From the NCBI GenBank assembly GCA_014879735.1, contig JACSRN010000132.1:81102-145101 (forward strand): DNA of 64,000 nucleotides, in the 5' to 3' direction. Under the pieces are notes generated by a model, which did no database searches, was not told the origin of the DNA, and saw only the letters and a list, made by a program, of their open reading frames with translations. This stretch comes from Paracoccaceae bacterium (GTDB lineage: Bacteria > Pseudomonadota > Alphaproteobacteria > Rhodobacterales > Rhodobacteraceae). Shown piece after piece: positions 1 to 11,990 of this stretch. The position numbers and the translations under genes are program-made. How positions within the stretch are numbered: the first letter of the stretch is position 1; every line of letters begins with the position of its first letter.

Positions 1-519
1 ATCCCTGGCCACCTCCAGCCCCAGCGCCGCGGCCGTCGCCTCGGCAGTGGCAGGGGTGCGCGACCAGATGCGGAACTCGGCCCCGGGGAACAGGCTGGAA
101 TAGGCCTCGACCATCGACCGCGCCACGGTTCCACCGCCCACCAGCAGGATGCGCCGGCTGTCCGGCCGCGCCAGTTTCGAGGCCGCCAGGAGGCTGTCCC
201 CGGCCGTCTTCCACTTCGTCACGAGGTGGAAGTCGATCAGCGCCGAAAGCTCTCCGCTGATGTCATCGTAGAGCGTGACCGAACCATTGATCGTGGGCCT
301 GCCCCGCTTTGCATTGCCTGGCACCGTCATTGCCACCTTCACTAGCGCGCCGAGCCCGTCGATCCAGGTGGCGCGGTCCAGAATCGTATCCCGGCCGCGG
401 TAGCAGAGCAGGTCCTTGATATCGGGCTGCGGCAGGCGATGGCCCGCCTCCAGCGCCGCCAGCAGGTCCGGCCAGGTCAGAAGCGATTCGGCATCGAACG
501 GGATAAGATCGGGGGTCAT
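1..519 (-). CDS. Ornithine cyclodeaminase/mu-crystallin family protein (runs off the left edge)
   Basis: Manual translation from ATG at 519: MTPDLIPFD...KVAMTVPGN...LVTKWKTAGDSLLA...ILLVGGGTVA. Not in the ORF track because there is no stop in the window. Confidence 0.8.
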   Translation of the reverse strand, partial: MTPDLIPFDAESLLTWPDLLAALEAGHRLPQPDIKDLLCYRGRDTILDRATWIDGLGALVKVAMTVPGNAKRGRPTINGSVTLYDDISGELSALIDFHLVTKWKTAGDSLLAASKLARPDSRRILLVGGGTVARSMVEAYSSLFPGAEFRIWSRTPATAEATAAALGLEVARD

Positions 520-580
520 GTAATCCGGTTTCCTTCTCGGTCATCGGCAAGGGCAAGACACCGGCGCCCGGCGGCGGGTT

Positions 581-1525
581 TCACCGCCGCTCGCGCCGGA
601 TCTGCGCCTCGCGCAGCACCACATAGAGCCCCGATCCGCAGATCAGCGCAATCCCCAGCCAGGATTGCGCATCAGGCCATGTGCCAAAGATCGTGATGCC
701 CCAGAAGATTGCCATCGGCATGCCGGAATATTCGAAGGGCGCGATCAGCCCGGCCTCCGTGGTGCGATAGGCCTGCGAGACCATCAACCCGCCGATCGAG
801 ACCGAAAGCCCGGTGGCCAGCAACCACGGCCAGTCCGCAGCCGGCGGCCAGAACCACGGCCGGAACAGGAAGGACCACAGCGGATCATCGGTTGCCAGAT
901 GCCCGTCGCCGGCCCAGACCCCCATCGCCCCCGACGCCAGGATGAAACCGAGCTGCACATGGAAGGCCAGCGTCATCGCGCTTTCGGTGCCGCCCATCCG
1001 CCGTGTCAACAGGTTGCCCAAGGCATATAGCACGGCCGAAATCAGCACCAGCAGCGCCGCCGGCTGGATCACCCCTGCCCCCGGCCGCAGCATCACCACG
1101 ATCCCCGCCAGCCCAATCAGCACCGCCGTCCAGCGCCGCGGCCCGACCTTTTCGCCCAGCACCACCACCGACAATGCGGTCACGACCAGCGGGCTGATAT
1201 AGGCCACGGCCGCCGCATCGGCGATCGCCATCCGCGCAAGCCCGGTGAAATAGGTCACGTTCGAGATCAGGATCACACTCACCCGCAGCAGATGCAGGCC
1301 CGGACGCCGGGTGCGGGTGAACCCGTAGCCCGTCGCCGACGGCGCCGCGATCACGAACAGGAAGGTCATGCCGATCAGCGCGCGGATCAGGATGATCTGA
1401 TGCAGGGCATAGCTGCCCGACAGATGCTTCACCGCCATGTCGTTGATCGAAAAGATCAGCGCGCCGCCGGTGACGAGCAATATTCCGGTCAGCGCGGGTT
1501 GTCCCGGAGAGGAGGTCTCAGCCAT
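581..1525 (-). CDS. DMT/EamA family transporter
   Basis: About 10 hydrophobic segments; EKVGPRRW and IAPFEYS motifs; start chosen at MAETSS. Confidence 0.85.
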   Translation of the reverse strand: MAETSSPGQPALTGILLVTGGALIFSINDMAVKHLSGSYALHQIILIRALIGMTFLFVIAAPSATGYGFTRTRRPGLHLLRVSVILISNVTYFTGLARMAIADAAAVAYISPLVVTALSVVVLGEKVGPRRWTAVLIGLAGIVVMLRPGAGVIQPAALLVLISAVLYALGNLLTRRMGGTESAMTLAFHVQLGFILASGAMGVWAGDGHLATDDPLWSFLFRPWFWPPAADWPWLLATGLSVSIGGLMVSQAYRTTEAGLIAPFEYSGMPMAIFWGITIFGTWPDAQSWLGIALICGSGLYVVLREAQIRRERR

Positions 1526-1583
1526 GGATCGACCGTCCCTCCCCGTCCGCGGCCTGTCTGTCCCGCCGGCGACACGGCAGGGA

Positions 1584-4749
<3,166 letters not shown>

Positions 4750-4768
<19 letters not shown>

Positions 4769-5181
4769 GCTTCCCCCTGCGGCTGCGCCGCCCAGAATTT
4801 TTCCAGCCCGGCACGGACGCGGGCGATGTCGGTATCCAGTCCGGCCAGCTCGAATCGATAGAGCACCGGGACGTTGCACTTGGCAGAAACAACCCCGCCG
4901 GCGCAAGCATAGGTGGCGCCGAAACTGCGGTTGCCGCTGGCGATGACCCCGCGGATCAGCGCCCGGCGGGCAGGATCGTTCAGAAATCGGATGACCTGCT
5001 TGGCCACCGCGCCACGGCCTTCGCCATCGGCGTAGCTGGGCGTGATCAGGACGAAGGGCAAGACCGGCGCCGGCATCGGATCCTCGGGACGAATCGGAAT
5101 GCGCAGCGCCGGCAGGCCAAGGCGCGCGATGAACCGTGCGGTATTGCCCGAGGCCGACGAGTAATAGACAAGCCCGGGCAT
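4750..5181 (-). CDS. nrdI: Flavodoxin-like RNR assembly protein
   Basis: [32 protein letters not shown] motifs; lies between nrdH and nrdE. Confidence 0.95.
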
Positions 5182-5191
5182 GACGGTATCC

Positions 5192-5413
5192 TCAGGCGAG
5201 GCGGCCGATCATGTCGGGACGAAAGCCCGCCCAATGCGCCTCGCCGGCAACGACGACCGGCGCCTGCCGATAGCCGAGGCCCGTAACCATCTCCATGGCA
5301 TCGGCATCCTCGGTCAGGTCGATGACGCTGTAGGAAATTCCCCGGGCGTCCAGCGCGCGGGTCGTGGCGGTGCACTGCACGCAGGCGGGCTTGGAATAGA
5401 CGGTCACGGCCAT
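5192..5413 (-). CDS. nrdH: Glutaredoxin-like protein NrdH
   Basis: VTVYSKPACVQC (CVQC active site), QAPVV, WAGFRPD. Confidence 0.95.
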   Translation of the reverse strand: MAVTVYSKPACVQCTATTRALDARGISYSVIDLTEDADAMEMVTGLGYRQAPVVVAGEAHWAGFRPDMIGRLA

Positions 5414-5533
5414 TTGCCTCATGTCCCTCATCGTTTCTGGCGCTGGCGGAACCGGGCACAGGGCAGGCCGCCCGAAAGCGGCCAGAGGCCCCGACACCCC
5501 GCGCCCGCCGCGCGGTTTCTTTGTCGTCGTCAT

Positions 5534-5690
5534 GGCAGGTCTTCTGGCTTGCGGGTCCTCGCTTGGCCGGCCTTCCCGGTTGCCCGGTGGCGTGTTCGGC
5601 CTTGCTTGCCGCTTACAGCTGCGGGGGCAGCCCCGGATTTGCACCGGACTTCCCGTCTTCACCCGAGTCGCCCCGGGCACCATGACCGGC
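5534..5690 (-). promoter_or_regulatory. Cobalamin (B12) riboswitch upstream of nrdH
   Basis: Minus strand carries GGGAAgtccGGTGcaaatCCggggCTGCCCCCGCAgCTGTAA, then GCCAC...GGGAAG, then the B12 box AGCCAGAAGACCTGCC, in canonical order. Confidence 0.92.
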
Positions 5691-5746
5691 CCAATTAGCC
5701 ACCCCCAAGGCGGCACGTCAATCAGATGTAATGAACTGTTACCTGA

Positions 5747-5762
5747 CCCCTAGATGTTGTGG
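5747..5762. promoter_or_regulatory. Putative NrdR box
   Basis: cccCTAGATGTTGTGG matches all strongly conserved positions of acaCwAtATaTwGtgt and sits upstream of the nrdHIEF leader. Confidence 0.6.
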
Positions 5763-5791
5763 CTCGTCTGCCGCAACTGCCGGTTGGGAGA

Positions 5792-6895
5792 TCAGGCCTG
5801 GGCCCGTGTGACCGCCACCAGCCCATGCACGAAGCCCAGCTTCTCCAGCACCGGCGCAGGCAAGACGAAGGGATAAAGGTCGCCCTGCCCCACGGATCGC
5901 GCCAGAGCGTTCAGCGCCACCGTCAGCGGCATCCAGGCGGCAATCAGCCGCGACAGGCGCCGGGTGCGATAGGGGTTGAAGTCGATCTCGGCTGACAGTT
6001 CGCCGTCCCCGTCGGCGGGCGGGTCGATGGTCATGCCGAAGGCGGCGGCGGTTTCCAGCGTGTCGACCATGTGCAGGTAATGCGCCCAGGTCTCGGCCCA
6101 GTCCTCCCAGGGGTGCACCGTGGCATAGGCCGAGACATGGGTTCCCTCCCAGCCGGCGGGCGGAGGTCCGCCGTAGTGCCGGTCCAGCGCCGCATGGTAA
6201 TCCTGGGTCTCGTCACCGAAAACGGCGCGGAAGGCGCTGATCGCACCACCGCCGCGCACCAGAAGATCCCAGTAGTAATGCCCGATCTCGTGGCGGAAAT
6301 GGCCAAGCAGGGTGCGATAGGCCTCGCCCATCCTGGCGCGTGTCGCCTCGCGCGCGGCATCGTCGGCCTCCGACAATGCGATCGTGACCACGCCGCCGGA
6401 ATGGCCGGTCATCACCCGCCGCGCCGCGCCGGGATCGTCGGCGAGAAAATCGAAGACCAGCGGTTCGGGGTGGCCGCTTCCGGGCAACGGCAGCGGCAGG
6501 CCCAGGCGCAAAAGGCTGTAGAACAGCCGCCGCTTCGCCGTCTCGATCTTTTGCCAGCGGGCATGGTGAAGAGGATCGGTCAGGTCCGGGACGGTGCGGT
6601 TGTGCCGGCAGGCCCGGCAATAGCCACCCGCCGCGGCCTCGTCCCCCTCCGGGGCCAGCAGCATCCAGTTGCAGCCGGTCAGTTCCCAGTTGCGGCAAAA
6701 GCGCAATGCGGTTTCCTGCGGCAGCGTCGCAGGCCCAGCCTCGGCCCGCGCCGCATGCCAGACCGACCCGTCCGCCTCGACCGCCACCATCCGGTTCGCG
6801 CCGGGCAGATATCCGACGGGCCGGCCGCAGCGCAGGCAGGTGGTATTCTCGAAATGCAGCACCTGGCCGCAGCATTGGCACTGAAACAGCTGCAC
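5792..6895 (-). CDS. Zinc-ribbon plus putative zinc-binding metallopeptidase (DUF2248/Peptidase_Mx-like)
   Basis: GTG start with GGGAGA RBS; FQCQCCGQ..FENTTCLRCG, CRACRHNRT..PDL, HFRHEIGHYYW (HExxH), YATVHPWEDWAETWAHYLH. Confidence 0.85.
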   Translation of the reverse strand: MQLFQCQCCGQVLHFENTTCLRCGRPVGYLPGANRMVAVEADGSVWHAARAEAGPATLPQETALRFCRNWELTGCNWMLLAPEGDEAAAGGYCRACRHNRTVPDLTDPLHHARWQKIETAKRRLFYSLLRLGLPLPLPGSGHPEPLVFDFLADDPGAARRVMTGHSGGVVTIALSEADDAAREATRARMGEAYRTLLGHFRHEIGHYYWDLLVRGGGAISAFRAVFGDETQDYHAALDRHYGGPPPAGWEGTHVSAYATVHPWEDWAETWAHYLHMVDTLETAAAFGMTIDPPADGDGELSAEIDFNPYRTRRLSRLIAAWMPLTVALNALARSVGQGDLYPFVLPAPVLEKLGFVHGLVAVTRAQA

Positions 6896-6973
6896 CTTGA
6901 CGGATCTCCCCGGGGGATGGGCGACGGGACAACAGGGGATCGCAGGGCGGCCCGCCGCCACCCGAAGGCCGCC

Positions 6974-7792
6974 TCAGTCGGCCGGCCAGGCGTCGATGGC
7001 GGCGACCGCTTCCTCCGCGGTCTCGACCATGCGGAACAGCGAGAGATCCTTCGGCGCGATCAGCCCCGATTCGGCCAGCATCTCCCAGTTCACCACCCGA
7101 CTCCACCAGTCGCGGCCGAACAGCAGGAAGGGAATCGGCTTCATCCGGTGGGTCTGGATCAGTGTCAGCGTCTCGAAGGTTTCGTCCAGGGTGCCAAAGC
7201 CACCGGGAAAGACGCAGACCGCCGCCGCCCGCATCAGGAAATGCATCTTGCGGATGGCAAAATAGTGAAAGTTGAAGGCAAGCTCCGGCGTCACGTAGCC
7301 GTTCGGCGCCTGCTCGTGCGGCAGCACGATGTTCAACCCGACCGACTGGCCCCCCGCCTCGGCGGCACCACGGTTGCCGGCCTCCATCACGCCAGGACCG
7401 CCGCCCGTCATCACCACCCAGCGCCGGTTGCCAGAGGCCAGACTGCGCTCGGTCATGATCCGGGCAAAGACCTGCGCCTGAGCATAATAGCGCGACAGCG
7501 CGGCCAGTTCGGGCGTGCCGGCCTTGTCCACCTTGTCGGGCGCGGGAATGCGGGCGCCCCCGAACATCACCACCGTCGATTCAATGCCGCGCGCATCCAT
7601 CTCCATCTGCGGCTTCAGAAGCTCCAGCTGCAGGCGCACCGGGCGCAGTTCCTCGCGCGTCAGGAAGTCGTGATCCGCAAAGGCCAGCCGGTAGGAGGGC
7701 GAGCGCGTCTGCGGCGTGTCGGGAATCCGCTTCGCCGTCTCGATATCCTGCGTGCTGTGACGGAAGGGATGCGTGCGCCGTTCGTCCTTCAT
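6974..7792 (-). CDS. LOG family Rossmann-fold protein (TIGR00730-like)
   Basis: TGGGPGVMEAGNRGA, FHYFAIRKMHFL, PGGFGTLDE. Confidence 0.9.
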   Translation of the reverse strand: MKDERRTHPFRHSTQDIETAKRIPDTPQTRSPSYRLAFADHDFLTREELRPVRLQLELLKPQMEMDARGIESTVVMFGGARIPAPDKVDKAGTPELAALSRYYAQAQVFARIMTERSLASGNRRWVVMTGGGPGVMEAGNRGAAEAGGQSVGLNIVLPHEQAPNGYVTPELAFNFHYFAIRKMHFLMRAAAVCVFPGGFGTLDETFETLTLIQTHRMKPIPFLLFGRDWWSRVVNWEMLAESGLIAPKDLSLFRMVETAEEAVAAIDAWPAD

Positions 7793-7860
7793 GTGCTTTC
7801 CTTGCGATTTTCCGCAGAATAGGCTGCCCTCGCCACGCATGCCACCCGGAAAGGCGCCCC

Positions 7861-8802
7861 GTGCCCGCAGCATCTGCCCCGACCGCCCCGACCGCCCAAG
7901 ACATCGCCGCCGCGCAGGCGCGCATCGCGCCCTGGCTTTTGCGCACGCCGGTCGTGGAAAGCCGCGAACTCGGCCTGCCTTTCGCGGTGGAGCTGAAGCT
8001 GGAACAGATGCAGCTCAGCGGCAGCTTCAAGGCACGCGGGGCGTTCAACAGCCTGCTGTCGCTGCCGCTGCCCGAGGCGGGCGTCGTCGCGGCCTCGGGT
8101 GGCAATCACGGTGCGGCGGTGGCGGCGGCGGCGGCACGGCTGGGCGTTCAGGCCCGTATCTTCGTGCCCGAGATCGCCGGGCCGGCCAAGATCGCCCTGA
8201 TCGAGGCACAGGGTGCTGCACTGGAGGTGGTGCCGGGCTTTTACCCCGATGCCTTCGCCCGGGCCGAAGCCTGGCGCGACCGGACCGGCGCGCTGATGAT
8301 CCATGCCTATGATGCGCCCGCCACGCTGGCCGGGCAGGGAACGCTGATGAAGGAATGGGAAGAACAGGGCCTTGCCGCCGACACGGTGCTGATCGCGGTG
8401 GGCGGCGGCGGCTTGATCGGCGGCGCATTGGCCTGGCTGGGCGGGCGGCGCAAACTGGTGGCCGTGGAGCCAGAGCTTGCCCCGACCCTGGCCCGTGCCC
8501 TGGCCGAAGGCCCCGATGCCGAGACCGATGTCGGTGGCATCGCGGCCAATGCGCTTGGCGCGCGGCGGATCGGCCGGCTGGCCTATGATCTGGCAAGACG
8601 CCGGCAGCTGGCTTCGGTTCTTGTCAGCGATACGGCGATCGCCGCGGCGCAGGCCCGGCTCTGGCACGGGCTCCGGCAATGGGTGGAACCGGCCGGAGCC
8701 TGCGCACTGGCGGCGTTGACATCGGGCGCCTATGTGCCCGAACCAGGCGAGAGGGTCGCCGTGCTGGTCTGCGGCGCGAACCCCGCGCCCAGCCCGTTCT
8801 AA
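7861..8802 (+). CDS. Threonine/serine dehydratase family PLP enzyme
   Basis: [16 protein letters not shown] (PLP lysine), [26 protein letters not shown]. Confidence 0.88.
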   Translation: MPAASAPTAPTAQDIAAAQARIAPWLLRTPVVESRELGLPFAVELKLEQMQLSGSFKARGAFNSLLSLPLPEAGVVAASGGNHGAAVAAAAARLGVQARIFVPEIAGPAKIALIEAQGAALEVVPGFYPDAFARAEAWRDRTGALMIHAYDAPATLAGQGTLMKEWEEQGLAADTVLIAVGGGGLIGGALAWLGGRRKLVAVEPELAPTLARALAEGPDAETDVGGIAANALGARRIGRLAYDLARRRQLASVLVSDTAIAAAQARLWHGLRQWVEPAGACALAALTSGAYVPEPGERVAVLVCGANPAPSPF

Positions 8803-8900
8803 GCGGCCCGGCCGGCCAAAATCCTTGCGGCGCGACATTGCGACCGCTGACAAGCGCCAGGCTTTCCCCTAAGACGCGCCCAGCAACAGGAGGTGCCCAT

Positions 8901-9725
8901 ATGTCCAACGCCGCGCTAGAAGCCGCCATCGAATCCGCCTGGGAGGGACGCGAGAGCATCACCCCCGCCACCAAGGGCGAGGCGCGCGACGCCATCGAGG
9001 CCACGCTTTCGGCGCTGGACAGCGGCACGCTGCGGGTGGCCGAGAAGCGGGGCGCCGACTGGCAGGTGAACCAGTGGGCCAAGAAGGCCGTGCTTCTGGG
9101 CTTTCGCCTGAAGGATATGGAGCAGATGCCCGGCGCGCCGCAAGATGCCAGCTGGTGGGACAAGGTGGACACCAAGTTCCGGGGCTGGAGCGACAACCAG
9201 TGGCGCAGCGCGGGCTTTCGCGCGGTGCCCGGCGCCATTGTCCGCCGCTCGGCCTTCATCGGCAAGGGCGTGGTCCTGATGCCGTCCTTCGTGAACCTTG
9301 GCGCCTATGTCGACGAAGGCACCATGGTCGACACCTGGGCCACCGTCGGATCCTGCGCCCAGATCGGCAAGAACGTGCATCTGTCGGGCGGCGTCGGCAT
9401 TGGCGGCGTACTGGAACCGATGCAGGCCGGCCCGACCATCATCGAGGACAATTGTTTCATCGGCGCCCGGTCCGAGGTGGTCGAAGGCTGCATCGTCCGC
9501 GAGGGCAGCGTTCTGGGAATGGGTGTCTTCATCGGTAAATCCACCAAGATCGTCGATCGCGAAACCGGCACGGTGATGTATGGCGAGGTGCCGGCAGGCT
9601 CGGTCGTTGTTGCCGGCGCGCTGCCCTCGAAGGGCGGCGTCAGCCTTTACTGCGCGGTCATCGTAAAGAAGGTCGACGCCCAGACCCGCTCGAAAACCTC
9701 GATCAACGAGTTGCTGCGGGACTGA
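8901..9725 (+). CDS. dapD: Tetrahydrodipicolinate N-succinyltransferase
   Basis: [15 protein letters not shown], hexapeptide repeats, C-terminal [10 protein letters not shown]; AGGAGG RBS. Confidence 0.96.
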   Translation: MSNAALEAAIESAWEGRESITPATKGEARDAIEATLSALDSGTLRVAEKRGADWQVNQWAKKAVLLGFRLKDMEQMPGAPQDASWWDKVDTKFRGWSDNQWRSAGFRAVPGAIVRRSAFIGKGVVLMPSFVNLGAYVDEGTMVDTWATVGSCAQIGKNVHLSGGVGIGGVLEPMQAGPTIIEDNCFIGARSEVVEGCIVREGSVLGMGVFIGKSTKIVDRETGTVMYGEVPAGSVVVAGALPSKGGVSLYCAVIVKKVDAQTRSKTSINELLRD

Positions 9726-9893
9726 TCGCGACCAGGGCGGCGGGGGCTGGCCCGGCCGCCGCCGCACCCGAAACAGGCCGGAATTTGCCGCCGCTGCGCC
9801 AAATGGTCGGCAACGGGCCGCACTCTTGCCCATTTTTTCGCAACATCTGAATATTATCAAAAACACAGGAAACCATTCGGAGCCGCATGTCGC

Positions 9894-10880
9894 ATGTTCT
9901 CTGGGGTTGATCGAACCGTCTTGCCTCGTTCCTCTGCGCCCTTGCCGCAGCCCGGCCTGCTGCGCGCCTTCGCCAGGGGGTTGAGCCGGGACTTCCAGAC
10001 CTTTCCCATGCCGGTGACGTTGTTGCGGGCCGGGCGAAGGGCGCGGCTTGTCGTTGCGCCTGGTTGTAGTGCCGATCTCTGCAATTCGCGCAGCTTTGCC
10101 GTCCATATGGCGGAACAGGGGCGCGGCGATCCGCTGCTCTACCTCTCGCATCGATATTTCCTTTCGCGCGACTTTACCCCGCGTGCCCGCATCCTTGCCG
10201 CCGCCGCACATTATCGCCACGAGGACACGGCGCTTTGCGACGAATATTTCCGCGCGGTCTATCTGAACGGCGGGCTGCGACTGTGGCGGGCCGGCACCGG
10301 GGACGCAGGCTATGACATCGTGCTGCAGACCGGGCGCGACGTCTGCCGGGAAGGCGGGTTGAGCCTTGTCTTTCGCGCCAAGGGCGAATCGATCGGCATC
10401 CTGTCCTTTTCCTTCCTCCCCTCGCGAATCCTCGACCCGCGCGGTACCGCCGGCCTGCCGCCGCTTGTCAGCTTCGTCACGCGCAAGCATCTGACCCAGG
10501 ATCGGGCCTATCAGCCGGACTTTCATCGCGCCTTCCATCGCGCGACCGTGGCACAGATGCTGATCTCGGCCTTTTCCGGCCTGTTGCAGGCGAAACAGGT
10601 CGATGTTGCCGTAGGGATCGGCGGGCGCATGCATCCTTCGAATACCCCCGACAGGACCGAACAGTTCGAACGGGCCTATGACCTGTCCTGGCAGGCGCTG
10701 GGGGCCAAGCCGCTGGGGCAGCACCATCTCTTGCACTTCCCCCTGCCGCACAAGCCGCTGGACGAGATGGACGCCGCGCGGCGCAAGCGGGTGCGGCAAC
10801 GCCGGGCAGTGCAGCACGACATCGAGACCAGCGCCGCGGCCATCTATGCGTCGATGCTGCAGCGCGGGACCGGCATCTGA
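9894..10880 (+). CDS. DUF535 (VirK/YbjX-like) family protein
   Basis: Recalled similarity: YLSHRYFLSRDF, EGGLSL, YDLSWQALG, LP.HKPLDEM..RRKR..RR. Confidence 0.6.
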   Translation: MFSGVDRTVLPRSSAPLPQPGLLRAFARGLSRDFQTFPMPVTLLRAGRRARLVVAPGCSADLCNSRSFAVHMAEQGRGDPLLYLSHRYFLSRDFTPRARILAAAAHYRHEDTALCDEYFRAVYLNGGLRLWRAGTGDAGYDIVLQTGRDVCREGGLSLVFRAKGESIGILSFSFLPSRILDPRGTAGLPPLVSFVTRKHLTQDRAYQPDFHRAFHRATVAQMLISAFSGLLQAKQVDVAVGIGGRMHPSNTPDRTEQFERAYDLSWQALGAKPLGQHHLLHFPLPHKPLDEMDAARRKRVRQRRAVQHDIETSAAAIYASMLQRGTGI

Positions 10881-10934
10881 CGGCAAGGCTTGCGCCCTTT
10901 CCGCCCGCGTCCGGCTGCGCTATGGCTCGGTCCC

Positions 10935-11990
10935 ATGGCCATCACGCTTACCTCTCTGTCCGACCTTGCCGCCCATGGCTTCGACGAGATCATCGACGCC
11001 CGTGCGCCGGCAGAATATGCCGAGGATCATCTGCCCGGTGCGATCAACCTGCCCGTCCTGAACGATGCCGAGCGCGCCCGGGTCGGCACGATCTACAAGC
11101 AGGTCTCGCCCTTCACCGCTCGCAAGCTGGGCGGGGCGCTGGTGGCGCGCAATGTGGCCGCGCATCTGGAGGGACCGCTGGCCGACCGGGGCGGCGGATG
11201 GCGGCCGCTGGTCTATTGCTGGCGTGGCGGGCAAAGGTCGGGGTCCTTCGCAACCATCCTTGCACAGGTGGGTTGGCGGGTCGAGACGCTGGCCGGCGGC
11301 TACAAGGCCTGGCGCGCGCTGGTGGTCCAGGCGGTGCGCGAACAGCCAGTGCCCGCGCCGGTCGTGGTGCTGGACGGCAACACCGGATCGGCCAAGACCG
11401 AACTGCTGAATCTGCTGCCCGGGCTGGGCCTGCAGGTGCTGGATCTCGAAGGGTTGGCAAACCATCGCGGATCACTGTTCGGTGCCATGGGACCGCAGCC
11501 GTCGCAAAAGGCGTTCGAAGGCCGGATCGCGGTGGCCCTGTCCCGGCTCGATCCCGGGCGGCCGGTGGTGATAGAGGCTGAAAGCGCCAAGGTCGGCGAT
11601 CTGGCGGTACCTGCGCCGCTGTGGAAGGCCATCGCGACTGCGCCAAGGGTAGCGCTGACGGTGCCGCGCACCGCCCGTGCCGCCTATCTGACCCGCGCCT
11701 ATGCCGATGTCACCGCCGACGCCACCCGCCTCGACACGATTCTGAACCGCCTGCGCCCCTGGCATCCGGCCGAACGGATCGAGGCCTGGACGGCAATGGC
11801 CCGCGCAAATGCCTTTGCGGCGCTGGCGGAAGACCTGATGCTGCATCATTATGACCCGCGCTATCAACGCCACCGCAGCCGGATGGATGTGCCGGTGACA
11901 GACCTTGCCGCCGAAAGCCTTACCCCCGAGGCTTTGCCCGTCCTCGCCCGAAAACTGGCCGATATGATCACCGAAAGAACCCCGAGATGA
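10935..11990 (+). CDS. mnmH: tRNA 2-selenouridine synthase
   Basis: Rhodanese domain (DHLPGAINLPVL, YCWRGGQRS) plus P-loop GNTGSAKT, LEGLANHRGS, EAES; overlaps selD. Confidence 0.93.
   Translation: MAITLTSLSDLAAHGFDEIIDARAPAEYAEDHLPGAINLPVLNDAERARVGTIYKQVSPFTARKLGGALVARNVAAHLEGPLADRGGGWRPLVYCWRGGQRSGSFATILAQVGWRVETLAGGYKAWRALVVQAVREQPVPAPVVVLDGNTGSAKTELLNLLPGLGLQVLDLEGLANHRGSLFGAMGPQPSQKAFEGRIAVALSRLDPGRPVVIEAESAKVGDLAVPAPLWKAIATAPRVALTVPRTARAAYLTRAYADVTADATRLDTILNRLRPWHPAERIEAWTAMARANAFAALAEDLMLHHYDPRYQRHRSRMDVPVTDLAAESLTPEALPVLARKLADMITERTPR

Noticed and set aside
9735-9765. Third copy of the REP-like element after dapD
   Set aside because: It is a GC hairpin (ggcggcgg...ccgccgcc) that lacks the cttctctgc/aaatatccc blocks; more likely an ordinary terminator.
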